A DNA stretch of 29,322 bases from Nitrosomonas europaea (GCF_900167395.1 NZ_FUWK01000035.1:1-29322), one strand, 5' to 3'. Shown: positions 1 through 9,819, counted from the first letter of the stretch. The notes: generated by a model not told the origin, from the sequence alone. Numbers and translations: made by a program.

Positions 1-1
1 G

Positions 2-259
2 AAAGCCAATCATCCGCAGACCAACGGTATTTGCGAACGCTTTCACAAAACCATCTTGCAGGAGTTCTACCAGGTGACATTCCGGCGCAAGATTTACCAG
101 TCCATTGAAGAGTTACAACACGATCTGGATGATTGGATGGCGTACTACAACAGTGTGCGGACTCACCAGGGAAAAATGTGCTGTGGACGCACCCCGATGC
201 AAACTTTAATTGACGCTAAGGAGATATGGGACGATAAAATTACCGAATTGAATAACTGA
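2..259 (+). CDS. Transposase, C-terminal fragment of the integrase-core (rve) domain; N-terminus lies outside the window.
   Basis: The translation is KANHPQTNGICERFHKTILQEFYQVTFRRKIYQSIEELQHDLDDWMAYYNSVRTHQGKMCCGRTPMQTL. The HPQTNG-x-ERFH and YN-x-R-x-H motifs are the conserved tail of rve-type DDE transposases. The ORF-track start at 56 is only an internal TTG. Confidence 0.85.
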   Translation, partial: KANHPQTNGICERFHKTILQEFYQVTFRRKIYQSIEELQHDLDDWMAYYNSVRTHQGKMCCGRTPMQTLIDAKEIWDDKITELNN

Positions 260-284
260 ATCTGATCTAACAGGCACTCGTCAA

Positions 285-320
285 ATCGGGTAACTGTCAG
301 ATCAGATCTCAACTACTACA
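285..320. repeat. Terminal inverted repeat (right end) of the left-edge IS.
   Basis: The reverse complement of 285-320 is TGTAGTAGTTGAGATCTGATCTGACAGTTACCCGAT. It matches 27802-27837 (TGTAGTAGTTGAGATCTGGTCTGACAGTTAACCGAT) at 34 of 36 positions. Confidence 0.8.
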
Positions 321-359
321 CGTGAATCTATCTTTTTCAACTGCTTCTTAAACTCCGAT

Positions 360-1409
360 TCAGCCTTTGTTGCTGTTGACAAGCAGGTTGGGTGGAGGAC
401 CGATCGGCTCGAATGTTTTCAACAGCGGAATATCCTCTTTGCTTATCCAGCGGATATCGGTATCAAATGTGTTTTGAGGTCCCCAGCTGCCGGTAAATTT
501 CTTGCCATCAGGCGTGAAAGTCCAGCACATTTCTTCACCCGGAGTATTGATGATGTCACCGAGATTGATCGGTTTCTGCCATTCTCCCTTGGCATCCTGA
601 TGTGAAATCCACATATCATGCCCACCGCGAGAATCCGGATCGATCCGTGTACTGGTGATGACCATACTTTTGCCATCTTTTGACACTCCGGTCCAATGCA
701 TGTGGTCGCGCTGCGGAGAATTGATTTTCGCTCCCAGGCTCACCGGTTTCTGCCACATCCCATCTTTTTTCTCGACTTTCCAGATATCACTCTCCTGAGT
801 GACGCCTGGCTGACTGTAATTGAAATAAATCAGACTGTCAGAAACAATGATCGGACAATGCTCTTCGCCGGTCGGGGTATTGATACTGGGAAGTTCCGGC
901 ACGTCATTCCAGTTTTTGGCCGATTGCCATACACCATCCACTTTCTGTACGACATAAAGATCACCCGACAGCAGGTTACCCGGTTCATATCGCGTGAAAT
1001 AGATAACATTGCCATCATCCGAGAAACTGGGTTCCAGCTCCCAGGCTGTTGTATTGATATTGGGTCCTACGGCCGGATCGATATCACCACCGAGATGGAT
1101 GGGTTCCTGCCACACCCCATCTACATTGTGCGCCATCCATATATCAAAATTGTAAGGGGTACCAGGTGATTCGACACTGCCCGCGCGGGTTGACACAAAA
1201 ATAGCCGTTTTGCCGTCTGCACTATAGGTGATTTCTATTTCCGAACCTGACGAGTTGATGGGTGCTCCCATATCTTTCGATGCAGCCGGCGGCTCAGTCG
1301 CTCCGCTGCCTTCAGTTCCGTGCATACCCGGCATGGCATAAGACAGATGACTTGCCAGCATTAAAACCGGTAATGTGGAACACAATTTCATAACAGAGCT
1401 GTCTTTCAT
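360..1409 (-). CDS. Secreted PD40 / TolB-like beta-propeller repeat protein of unknown function.
   Basis: The signal-peptide-like N-terminus is MKDSSVMKLCSTLPVLMLASHLSYA. Four or more repeats of a DG-x-WQ-x-P-x-x-LG-x-x-IN motif are present (VDGVWQEPIHLGGDI, VDGVWQSAKNWNDV, KDGMWQKPVSLGAKIN, AKGEWQKPINLGDIIN), interleaved with S-x-DG-K/N segments typical of PD40 blades. I chose the ATG at 1409 (GGAG 7 nt upstream) over the ORF-track TTG at 1445. Confidence 0.75.
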   Translation of the reverse strand: MKDSSVMKLCSTLPVLMLASHLSYAMPGMHGTEGSGATEPPAASKDMGAPINSSGSEIEITYSADGKTAIFVSTRAGSVESPGTPYNFDIWMAHNVDGVWQEPIHLGGDIDPAVGPNINTTAWELEPSFSDDGNVIYFTRYEPGNLLSGDLYVVQKVDGVWQSAKNWNDVPELPSINTPTGEEHCPIIVSDSLIYFNYSQPGVTQESDIWKVEKKDGMWQKPVSLGAKINSPQRDHMHWTGVSKDGKSMVITSTRIDPDSRGGHDMWISHQDAKGEWQKPINLGDIINTPGEEMCWTFTPDGKKFTGSWGPQNTFDTDIRWISKEDIPLLKTFEPIGPPPNLLVNSNKG

Positions 1410-1471
1410 TCTGTTTCTCCTCTTCTTCAGATAAAAGTAAACCAATCGTTCTCTTTTTTTAAGATTGAGAA

Positions 1472-1499
1472 GGTATACGATGAATTACTGGAATGTCAA
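1472..1499 (-). promoter_or_regulatory. Putative sigma70 promoter of the propeller gene.
   Basis: The minus strand reads TTGACA (1499-1494), a 16-nt spacer, then TATACC (1477-1472), about 60 nt upstream of the ATG at 1409. Confidence 0.3.
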
Positions 1500-1502
1500 G
1501 CC

Positions 1503-1535
1503 GGAGAAATAGAGCCGCCTTCATTCTATTTCTCC
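1503..1535. repeat. Perfect 11-bp inverted repeat with an 11-nt spacer (hairpin or operator candidate).
   Basis: The sequence is GGAGAAATAGA (1503-1513), gccgccttcat, TCTATTTCTCC (1525-1535). It lies 88 nt downstream of the htpG stop and 4 nt upstream of the putative -35. No U-tract follows on either strand. Confidence 0.6.
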
Positions 1536-1622
1536 TCCTGAAATTTATGAGTTGAACTTACCAGCGTTAATCTGAGGTTCCTTAAGTGGATTCACGGTAA
1601 GTGTGTGGGCTTCCCTGCTACT

Positions 1623-3545
1623 TCATTTTCCGCTCAAGATGTTTTGCAGTAGTAAATCATTCAGTCGTTTGACGAAACCGGCCGGATCCTCAAGCTGCCC
1701 CCCTTCGGCCAGTAAAGCCTGATCAAACAGAATATGACTCCAGTCGGCAAACTTGGCTTCTTCATATTTCAACCGCTGAATCATCGGGTGATGTGGATTG
1801 ATTTCCAGGAAAGGTTTGCTGTCCGGAACTTTCTGCCCGGCAGATTTCAACAAGCGTCCAAGATTGCCACTCACATCATGAGTATCAGCGACCAGACAGG
1901 CTGGTGATTCTGTCAAGCGGTAGGTGATGCGCACATCTTTTACCTGTTCGCCCAACACTTCCTTCATTTTGTTTGTCAATTCCTGAAAATCTCCAGCCTC
2001 TTTTTCATGCTCTTTCTTTTCTTCTTCATCTTCCAGTTTGCCCAGATCCAGATTACCCTTGGCAATGGATTGTAAAGACTTGCCCGTATATTCATTCAGA
2101 TTGGCCACCAGCCATTCATCGATACGGTCACACAACAGCAGCACTTCAATTCCCTTCTTACGGAATATCTCCAGATGCGGGCTGCTTTGGGCTGCCTTCA
2201 GGCCGTCAGCAGTAATGTAATAGATTTTTTCCTGTTCCGGCTTCATCCGGGCAATGTAATCATCCAGCGAAACGGTCTGTTCTTCACGTTCATCATGTGT
2301 CGAAGTGAATCTCAACAGCTTGGCGATACGCTCGCGGTTGCTATAGTCTTCTGCAATCCCCTCCTTCAGCACCTGGCCGAATTCGCGCCAGAAGGTTTTG
2401 AATTTTTCCTGATCTTCACTCTTGTCACTCATGGCAAGATCTTCGATCAATCCCAGCACCTTCTTGACTGAGCCTGCACGAATACTGTCGATATCTTTCG
2501 ATTCCTGCAGGATCTCACGCGAGACATTCAGGGGCAGATCACTTGAATCGATGATACCGCGGACAAAACGCAAATATCCTGGCAACAGTTTTTCCGCATC
2601 ATCCATGATGAATACCCGCCTGACGTAAAGTTTGAGGCCATGACGATGTTCACGATCAAACAAATCAAACGGGGCATGAGCCGGGATATACAGCAACTGG
2701 ATATATTCCTGCTTACCTTCGACTCGGGCATGCACATGAGCAAGTGGCGGTTCGAAATCATGAGCAACGTGCTTATAGAATTCGTCGTACTGCTCCTGCG
2801 TAATTTCATTCTTTGGCCGGGCCCAGATCGCGCTGGCCTGATTGATGGTTTCATCCTCGTCGCTCAGCCGGTACGATTTGCTCTCGTCATCCCACACTTC
2901 CTTTTTCATGACAATGGGAAGCGTGATGTGGTCAGAGTACTTACGGATGATGGAACGCAGCTGAAAACTGCTCAGCAGTTCATCTTCTCCTTCCCGCAGA
3001 TGCAGAACGATTTCAGTACCTCGATCCGGCTTTTCCACAGTTTCCAGCGTGTACTCACCCTCGCCACCGGATTCCCAGCGCACACCGTGTTCGATTGTCA
3101 ATCCAGCACGGCGCGTAGTCAGGGTTACTTTATCTGCAACAATGAATGCCGAATAAAAACCCACACCAAACTGTCCGATCAGGTTGGCATCCTTGGCCTG
3201 GTCACCTGTCAGTGAATCAAAAAATTCACGCGTACCGGATTTGGCAATAGTCCCGATATTATTGATCACTTCCTGTCTGGACATACCGATACCGTTATCG
3301 ATAATCGTGATGGTGCGAGCCTCTTTATCGTAAGCAATACGGATCTTAAGATCAGGGTCGGATTCGTACAGCGCCGCATCGGACAACCCTTCAAACCGCA
3401 GCTTGTCTGCCGCATCTGATGCATTCGAAATCAACTCTCGCAGAAATATTTCTTTATTACTGTACAGGGAATGGATCATCAGCTTCAAAAGCTGGTTGGC
3501 TTCAGCCTGAAAGTTCAAATGTTCGATGTTTTCCGCAGTTTGCAT
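1623..3545 (-). CDS. htpG: Molecular chaperone HtpG (Hsp90 family).
   Basis: The 640-aa ORF carries the Hsp90 N-terminal ATPase signatures [29 protein letters not shown] and [13 protein letters not shown] strong SD (AAGGAGGAAA) precedes the ATG. Confidence 0.97.
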   Translation of the reverse strand: MQTAENIEHLNFQAEANQLLKLMIHSLYSNKEIFLRELISNASDAADKLRFEGLSDAALYESDPDLKIRIAYDKEARTITIIDNGIGMSRQEVINNIGTIAKSGTREFFDSLTGDQAKDANLIGQFGVGFYSAFIVADKVTLTTRRAGLTIEHGVRWESGGEGEYTLETVEKPDRGTEIVLHLREGEDELLSSFQLRSIIRKYSDHITLPIVMKKEVWDDESKSYRLSDEDETINQASAIWARPKNEITQEQYDEFYKHVAHDFEPPLAHVHARVEGKQEYIQLLYIPAHAPFDLFDREHRHGLKLYVRRVFIMDDAEKLLPGYLRFVRGIIDSSDLPLNVSREILQESKDIDSIRAGSVKKVLGLIEDLAMSDKSEDQEKFKTFWREFGQVLKEGIAEDYSNRERIAKLLRFTSTHDEREEQTVSLDDYIARMKPEQEKIYYITADGLKAAQSSPHLEIFRKKGIEVLLLCDRIDEWLVANLNEYTGKSLQSIAKGNLDLGKLEDEEEKKEHEKEAGDFQELTNKMKEVLGEQVKDVRITYRLTESPACLVADTHDVSGNLGRLLKSAGQKVPDSKPFLEINPHHPMIQRLKYEEAKFADWSHILFDQALLAEGGQLEDPAGFVKRLNDLLLQNILSGK

Positions 3546-3567
3546 GCTTTCCTCCTTTAAAAATACG

Positions 3568-3602
3568 CTAACATTGTGCGGTCAGGTTTCCTGATTTCAA
3601 GC
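3568..3602 (-). promoter_or_regulatory. Putative sigma32 (RpoH) heat-shock promoter of htpG.
   Basis: The minus strand reads CTTGAAA (3601-3595), a 14-nt spacer, then CCGCACAATGT (3581-3571). The E. coli sigma32 consensus is CTTGAA-N13-15-CCCCATnT. The -10-like element ends about 26 nt upstream of the htpG ATG. Confidence 0.35.
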
Positions 3603-3654
3603 TGTTTCAACTTCGAAACCCTTATTCCGCAATTTTTCACTTTGTTAGATTTGT

Positions 3655-4755
3655 ATGAAATTTTTATCTTTTATTTTTCTGGTGTCACTGTGTGCTGTTA
3701 CTTCTCAAATCAACGCCCAGGCACCAGAACTGCCACTCGACAAAATCAAGTTACCGCCAGGTTTTTCCATCAGTGTCTGGGCGAATGTGCCGGATGCACG
3801 CACGATGACACTGGGTGACAAAGGAACGGTATTCGTCGGTTCGAAATCAGCCGGTAACGTTTATGCCATCACGGAAAATGCAGGAAAACGCCAAATCCGA
3901 ATCATTGCCAGCAAGCTTAAAATGCCAAACGGAGTCGCATTTCATGACGGCGCATTATATGTCTCCTCCGTCAACAGGATCCTGCGTTTCGATAATATCG
4001 AGAACACCCTCGACCAGCCTTTACCGCCGCGCATTATAACGGCTGATTATCCCAAGGAAACCTACCACGGCTGGCGCTTCATCGCGTTTGGCCCGGATGG
4101 CTGGCTGTATGTCCCGGTCGGTTCATCCTGCAATGTCTGCGAAACAGATCTGGAACATTATGCCCTGATATCACGTATCCGGCCGGATGGATCAAATTAT
4201 GAAGTATTTGCAAAAGGTGTTCGCAATACGGAAGGATTCGACTGGCATCCTGTCACTAAAGCGTTATGGTTTACCGATATCAGCCGGGAGTGGATGGGAG
4301 ACAATTTACCACCCGATGAGCTGAATCACGCATCCAACCAGGGCTTGGATTTCGGTTTTCCGTATTGTCATGGCAAGGAAGTTTCTGACCCCAAACTCGG
4401 GGCAAAGCGTGATTGTAATAAATTCATTCCTCCTGCCGTTGAGCTCGACCCACACGTTGCTCCCATGGGAATGCGGTTTTACACCGGCACTATGTTCCCC
4501 GCTGAATACCATAACGGAATCTTCATCGCAGAACATGGCTCATGGAACCGCAGCACGAAAATTGGCTATCGCCTTGAGTGGGTACAACTCGAGGTAAATG
4601 AGGTCGCCAGAAAAGAAATTTTTGCTGAAGGCTGGCTGCAGGAAAACGAAGCCTGGGGCAGGCCTGTCGATGTTCTGGTAATGCCGGATGGAGCGTTGCT
4701 GGTCTCGGACGATATGGCAGGTGTGGTTTACCGTATCAGCTACGATCAACCATAA
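3655..4755 (+). CDS. Periplasmic PQQ-dependent sugar (sorbosone / soluble glucose) dehydrogenase-family beta-propeller protein.
   Basis: The signal peptide is MKFLSFIFLVSLCAVTSQINA/QA. The motifs PNGVAFHDGALYV, RNTEGFDWHP, DELN-x-x-x-x-G-x-DFGFPYCHG and HGSWNRS are characteristic of the YliI/sorbosone dehydrogenase family. No obvious SD precedes the ATG. Confidence 0.85.
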   Translation: MKFLSFIFLVSLCAVTSQINAQAPELPLDKIKLPPGFSISVWANVPDARTMTLGDKGTVFVGSKSAGNVYAITENAGKRQIRIIASKLKMPNGVAFHDGALYVSSVNRILRFDNIENTLDQPLPPRIITADYPKETYHGWRFIAFGPDGWLYVPVGSSCNVCETDLEHYALISRIRPDGSNYEVFAKGVRNTEGFDWHPVTKALWFTDISREWMGDNLPPDELNHASNQGLDFGFPYCHGKEVSDPKLGAKRDCNKFIPPAVELDPHVAPMGMRFYTGTMFPAEYHNGIFIAEHGSWNRSTKIGYRLEWVQLEVNEVARKEIFAEGWLQENEAWGRPVDVLVMPDGALLVSDDMAGVVYRISYDQP

Positions 4756-4793
4756 AAGCCATTTTCACCTGCCAGTTAAAACCTGGAATCGAA

Positions 4794-6239
4794 TCACATG
4801 GAATGCTGAATGGCGGACAAACTCAGTCCCATAAGCATTTGAGGGAACATGCCCAGCAGTATTATGGCTAGGCCATTTATGCTAACGAGTACTTTGACAT
4901 CCGGCTTGAACATAATCGGCTGGGTTTGTTCCGGCGCATCGAAATACATAAATTTAATGATGCGCAGGTAGTAAAACGCACCTATCAGGGAAAGCATGAC
5001 TGCAACCACCACCAGCCAGATGTATCCCGCTTCCAGGACAGCCTGTAGCACGGAGAGTTTTGCATAAAATCCGATCATGGGCGGAATACCGGCCATCGAA
5101 AACATTACCAGCAGCATCATAAAAGCGAGCCATGGATTGCGCTGGTTAAGTCCTTTGAGATCACTGATCTTATCCGCTTCAAATCCCTCTCGCGAAACCA
5201 GCATGATGATACCAAAAGCACCTAATGTCATCAGCACGTAAGCGATTACATAAAACATGGATGAGCTGTAGCCATTTTCTCCTGCCGCAATGAAACCGAG
5301 CAGAACGAAACCCATATGTGAAATAGTGGAATATGCCAGCATCCGTTTGATATTCTGCTGTGCGATCGCCGCGATATTCCCCACGGCCATGGAAGCAACT
5401 GCCAGTAATACCAACATTCCCTGCCAGTCAGTCACGAGATCACCCAGACCTCCCACCAGCAATCTCATGACAAAACCAAATGCTGCAAATTTGGGTGCTG
5501 ATCCGATGAATAAAGTAACTGCTGTAGGCGCACCTTCATAGATATCCGGTGCCCACATGTGAAACGGTACCGCGCTCAGTTTGAAGCCGATACCTGCAAC
5601 GACAAAAACCAGCCCGATGATAAAAATTTCATGATCTGCCTGACCGGAATGAATGACTTTTGCCAACTCCGGCAAATGTAACGTACCGGTCGCACCATAT
5701 AACATGGACATGCCATACAGCAGAAAACCGGAGGCCAATGCACCCAGAACAAAGAATTTAATGGCAGCCTCGGTTGCAATGGCTGATTCACGCTGTAATG
5801 CCACCATGGCATACAGTGAAAGAGACAGAAGCTCAAGCCCCAGATAGAGTGTTATCAGGTGATTTGCCGAAACCATGACCATCATGCCCAGCGTTGCAAA
5901 CAGTGCAAGACTGAAAAATTCGCCTTTTAACAATCCTCTGGTACTAATGTAGGATCGGGAATAGATCAGTACCGCTGCAACCGTCACATAAATCAACAGC
6001 TTCAGAATATCTGACATCGCATCGCCGACGAACATGCCAGTAAATGTGTATCGAACTTCTGTGGAATAGATACCACAGGTAACCAGTGCACATCCTGCAA
6101 GTGTCAGCAAAGATAAATAAAATGCCAGATAGCGATTTCTCTCACCGGCAAATAAATCGGCAAGCATCACCACACAAACCATGAGCAGCAGGAAAATTTC
6201 AGGGTAGGCTGGTGTAAAGTCAGGTAACAGAAAATCCAT
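4794..6239 (-). CDS. nuoN: NADH-quinone oxidoreductase subunit N.
   Basis: This 481-aa polytopic antiporter-like (ND2) membrane protein is the last gene of the collinear nuoA-N array. Confidence 0.95.
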   Translation of the reverse strand: MDFLLPDFTPAYPEIFLLLMVCVVMLADLFAGERNRYLAFYLSLLTLAGCALVTCGIYSTEVRYTFTGMFVGDAMSDILKLLIYVTVAAVLIYSRSYISTRGLLKGEFFSLALFATLGMMVMVSANHLITLYLGLELLSLSLYAMVALQRESAIATEAAIKFFVLGALASGFLLYGMSMLYGATGTLHLPELAKVIHSGQADHEIFIIGLVFVVAGIGFKLSAVPFHMWAPDIYEGAPTAVTLFIGSAPKFAAFGFVMRLLVGGLGDLVTDWQGMLVLLAVASMAVGNIAAIAQQNIKRMLAYSTISHMGFVLLGFIAAGENGYSSSMFYVIAYVLMTLGAFGIIMLVSREGFEADKISDLKGLNQRNPWLAFMMLLVMFSMAGIPPMIGFYAKLSVLQAVLEAGYIWLVVVAVMLSLIGAFYYLRIIKFMYFDAPEQTQPIMFKPDVKVLVSINGLAIILLGMFPQMLMGLSLSAIQHSM

Positions 6240-6305
6240 GAAAAATCCTTAATTTCCGGTCAGGAAAAAAAACCTTCATCATCCAAAAAATATTGTTTAA
6301 GTGCC

Positions 6306-7787
6306 TCAAAGCTTGGTACGTGCGACATGTTCAAGCAGATTATCAACCGTGACATGCATGACCTCAGTCAGCGGTAACGGATAGATACCAAGCCCCAGCA
6401 CCATTACCGCCAAAATAGCCAGGATCAGAAACTCACGTGAGGAAATATCCTGCATTCCTTCTACGTTACTGTTGGTGACTTCACCAAATATGACCTTTTT
6501 GTACATCCACAAGGTATAGGATGCACCGAGTATCAAAGTGAGTGCCGCGAAGAAGCCATACCAGAAATTGACTTCGATGGATCCCATGATGACCATGAAT
6601 TCTCCGACGAAACCGCTGGTGCCCGGCAGCCCGGCATTGGCCATTGCAAACAACATGAACAATGCTGCAAACACCGGCATTCTGTTTACCACACCACCAT
6701 AATCGGCAATCTGGCGAGAGTGCAGGCGGTCATACAGGACACCTACACACAGAAACATTGCACCTGAGATGAATCCGTGAGAAATCATCTGTACCATGGC
6801 TCCCTCAATTCCGTATGCGTTGAACAGGAAGAAGCCCAACGTCACGAACCCCATGTGAGAAACCGATGAATAAGCAATCAGTTTTTTCATATCCTGTTGC
6901 ATCAACGCAACGATACCGATATACACAACCGCAATCAGGGATAAAACAATCAGGATTCCCGACAGCTCATGACTTGCATCCGGAGCGACAGGCAAAGAAA
7001 ACCTGAGGAATCCATATCCACCCAGTTTCAGCAGGATAGCGGCCAGTACGACAGATCCGCCGGTAGGCGCTTCAACGTGTGCATCAGGTAACCAGGTATG
7101 TACCGGCCACATCGGTACCTTGACTGCAAATGCGAGCATGAACGCGATGAATATCAGAATCTGTGCTGTCATCGGCAAAGGCAGATGATGGTAGTCCAGA
7201 ATCGAGAAGCTGCCTCCTGAGGTCTGATACAGATAAATCAGGGCAACGAGCATCAACAGTGAGCCAAGCAAGGTATAAAGAAAAAACTTTATGGCGGCAT
7301 AAATCCGGTTAGGTCCTCCCCATACACCAATGATAATGAACATCGGTATGAGTGAAGTTTCCCAGAAGGAATAAAACAACACGGCATCCAGAGAGGAAAA
7401 TACACCATTGACGACACCGGACATGATCAGAAATGCTCCCATATACTGAGAAACACGCTCCCGAATCACTTCCCACCCGGCAATCACGACAATTGGGGTT
7501 ATGAAGCAATTCAGAATGATCAATGGCATCGATATTCCGTCTACTCCCAAAGAGTAGAAGACGTTGAGCCGCTCAAACCAGACGAGATGTTCCGTAAACT
7601 GCATGGCACTGGTTGATGGATCAAATCCACTGTATAGAGGAAGAGCCACCAGAAACCCGGCTACAGCTCCAACAAGGGAAAACCAGCGTACAGCCCGTAC
7701 GTTCCGGTCACCCATCACCAATACGATCAGACCAAAAATAATTGGCAGCCAGATAATCAGACTTAACAGCGGAAATCCAAACAACAT
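6306..7787 (-). CDS. nuoM: NADH-quinone oxidoreductase subunit M.
   Basis: This 493-aa antiporter-like (ND4) membrane protein contains the motif WLPDAHVEAPTGGSVVLAAILLKLGGYG and lies between nuoL and nuoN. Confidence 0.95.
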   Translation of the reverse strand: MLFGFPLLSLIIWLPIIFGLIVLVMGDRNVRAVRWFSLVGAVAGFLVALPLYSGFDPSTSAMQFTEHLVWFERLNVFYSLGVDGISMPLIILNCFITPIVVIAGWEVIRERVSQYMGAFLIMSGVVNGVFSSLDAVLFYSFWETSLIPMFIIIGVWGGPNRIYAAIKFFLYTLLGSLLMLVALIYLYQTSGGSFSILDYHHLPLPMTAQILIFIAFMLAFAVKVPMWPVHTWLPDAHVEAPTGGSVVLAAILLKLGGYGFLRFSLPVAPDASHELSGILIVLSLIAVVYIGIVALMQQDMKKLIAYSSVSHMGFVTLGFFLFNAYGIEGAMVQMISHGFISGAMFLCVGVLYDRLHSRQIADYGGVVNRMPVFAALFMLFAMANAGLPGTSGFVGEFMVIMGSIEVNFWYGFFAALTLILGASYTLWMYKKVIFGEVTNSNVEGMQDISSREFLILAILAVMVLGLGIYPLPLTEVMHVTVDNLLEHVARTKL

Positions 7788-7872
7788 GATCTTTTCGTCT
7801 CAAATTGCATATCAATGCGTGTTATTTATCCCAGAGAGTCAGCAATAGTAAAAACTACTTCTTCCCTGAATC

Positions 7873-9819
7873 CTAGAAATGAAACAGCCACAGACTCATC
7901 AACACAAAAACACCCACAATCATGCTGAATGCGTAATGGTAGATATATCCTGACTGGAATCGACGGACTACCGTAGAAAACCATGCAACAGCCTTTGCAG
8001 AACCATTCACCATCAAACCGTCAATAACTTTGATATCCCCGTATTTCCAGAGCACGTTACTCAGAGAGCGCAAGCCACCTGCAAATAACCATGAATAAAA
8101 TTCATCGATGTAGTATTTGCGATCCAGAAGAGTATAAACAGGGCCGGCAATTTTCCGAATTTTCCCCGGCAGCTCAACCTTGTACTGATACAGGAACCAG
8201 GCAGTAAAAATACCGGCCATTGCCAGCCAGAAAGGCAGTGTCATCAATGAATGAATCATCATTCCCACTATGCCCGTGTAGTGTTCTTTCATGAGCGCCA
8301 CCACATCATGCTGTTCCTGTATTTCAATAACCCTGGCAAAATAATCTCCAAAAAGCAGCGTACCAATCAACCAGCCTGATGCGACGGTTGGAACGGCCAG
8401 CACAACCAATGGGACGGTTACTACCCAAGGCGATTCATGTAAATGCTCCCGCGTATGCTTATCCATTCGTGGCTCACCATAGAAAGTCATGAACATCAGC
8501 CTGAAGGTATACAGTGCGGTAACAAAAACCGTTGTCAACACACAGAAATAGGCAAAGCCTGACCCGGGAAGCTGGGAGAAATGCACCGCTTCAATAATCG
8601 CATCCTTGGAAAAGAAGCCCGAAAATCCAGGGACTCCCGCACTGGCCAAAGCAGCGATGAACATGGTTGCAAAAGTAATTGGCATATACCTTCTAAGCCC
8701 TCCCATCTTGCGCATATCCTGCTCATGGTGCATCGCAATGATGACCGAACCGGCTCCAAGGAAGAGTAAGGCCTTAAAAAAGGCATGCGTCATCAAATGA
8801 AAAATAGCTGCTGAGTAGGCCGATGCACCCAGTGCAACCGTCATATATCCAAGCTGCGACAGAGTAGAAAAAGCGACAACCCGTTTGATATCATTCTGAA
8901 CTACTGCAACCAGTGCCATAAACAGCGTCGTAATGCCCCCTATTACCAGAACAGTCGACAGTGCAGCTTCAGAATGCTCAAACAGTGGCGACATACGGGC
9001 CACCATAAATATACCGGCTGTCACCATAGTGGCAGCATGAATCAAAGCAGATATCGGGGTGGGCCCTTCCATTGAATCCGGCAGCCAGACATGCAAGGGA
9101 AACTGGGCAGATTTACCCATCGCCCCAACAAATAACAGCAGGCAGATGACAGTCATCAGCATCCAGGATTGACCAGGCCATATTTCGACTGAACGGGATG
9201 CCATATGCTCTGCATGCGCAAACACAAGTTCGTAATCCAACGTACCGAAATACATCAATACCAGGCCAATACCAAGCAAAAAACCGAAATCTCCAACTCT
9301 ATTGACAAGAAAAGCTTTCAGATTCGCATAGATTGCCGTTGGGCGTGTGTACCAGAATCCGATCAAGAGATAAGAAACCAATCCAACGGCTTCCCAACCG
9401 AAAAACAACTGCAGGAAGTTATTGGACATCACCAGCATCAGCATCGAAAATGTGAACAGCGAAATATAGCTGAAAAAGCGCTGATACCCGGGATCTCCGT
9501 GCATATACCCGATCGTGTATATATGCACCATGAGTGACACACTGGTTACCACAACCATCATCGTGGCAGACAATGTATCTATCAGAAAGCCGATTTCAAA
9601 TATCGTTTCACCAGATGTCAACCAGGTGTAGACACTACCGTTATAGGTATTCCCCTGTAATACATCGACAAAAATGATAATGGAGGAAACGAGTGACAGC
9701 GCTACCAAAATGATTGTTGCGCGGTGACTCCATATCAAACCAACCCGTCGCCCGAAAAGGCCAGCAATAATGGCTCCCACCAAAGGGGCCATTGGAACCA
9801 GTAAATAAAGATTTTCCAT
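7873..9819 (-). CDS. nuoL: NADH-quinone oxidoreductase subunit L.
   Basis: This 648-aa ND5-like protein contains WLPDSMEGPTPISALIHAATMVTAG and has a long C-terminal lateral-helix region. Confidence 0.95.
   Translation of the reverse strand: MENLYLLVPMAPLVGAIIAGLFGRRVGLIWSHRATIILVALSLVSSIIIFVDVLQGNTYNGSVYTWLTSGETIFEIGFLIDTLSATMMVVVTSVSLMVHIYTIGYMHGDPGYQRFFSYISLFTFSMLMLVMSNNFLQLFFGWEAVGLVSYLLIGFWYTRPTAIYANLKAFLVNRVGDFGFLLGIGLVLMYFGTLDYELVFAHAEHMASRSVEIWPGQSWMLMTVICLLLFVGAMGKSAQFPLHVWLPDSMEGPTPISALIHAATMVTAGIFMVARMSPLFEHSEAALSTVLVIGGITTLFMALVAVVQNDIKRVVAFSTLSQLGYMTVALGASAYSAAIFHLMTHAFFKALLFLGAGSVIIAMHHEQDMRKMGGLRRYMPITFATMFIAALASAGVPGFSGFFSKDAIIEAVHFSQLPGSGFAYFCVLTTVFVTALYTFRLMFMTFYGEPRMDKHTREHLHESPWVVTVPLVVLAVPTVASGWLIGTLLFGDYFARVIEIQEQHDVVALMKEHYTGIVGMMIHSLMTLPFWLAMAGIFTAWFLYQYKVELPGKIRKIAGPVYTLLDRKYYIDEFYSWLFAGGLRSLSNVLWKYGDIKVIDGLMVNGSAKAVAWFSTVVRRFQSGYIYHYAFSMIVGVFVLMSLWLFHF

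Larger units (their letters stand above)
1..320 (+). mobile_element. 3' end of an insertion sequence (rve/DDE transposase C-terminus plus terminal inverted repeat). It is IS481-like, but the family call is tentative. The element continues beyond the left window edge.
   Basis: The reading frame is open from nt 2 and ends at the TAA at 257-259. The 3' terminus ...CTCAACTACTACA ends at 320 (a TG...CA-type tip). A 34/36 inverted copy of the last 36 nt occurs at 27802-27837, and similarity stops exactly at 320 and 27802. Confidence 0.75.

Noticed and set aside
2640-3215. A 191-aa plus-strand ORF inside htpG, with similar long antisense ORFs at 696-1169, 9205-9537, 13116-13487, 15732-16124 and 19853-20368.
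   Set aside because: All lie fully antisense to strongly conserved genes and lack SD sequences. Their skewed compositions (rich in S, R, H, C and P) are typical of out-of-frame or antisense translation of real genes.
3641-3657. An extended -10-like TGtTAGATT immediately before the dehydrogenase ATG, suggesting a leaderless mRNA.
   Set aside because: Only 3 nt separate the hexamer from the ATG, whereas 6-7 nt are needed, so a transcript starting at the A of the ATG is geometrically unlikely. The missing SD remains unexplained but is not evidence on its own.
4756-4793. A possible bidirectional terminator between the convergent dehydrogenase gene and nuoN (CCAG-ttaaaac-CTGG).
   Set aside because: The stem is only 4 bp with no U-tract, which is too weak to call.
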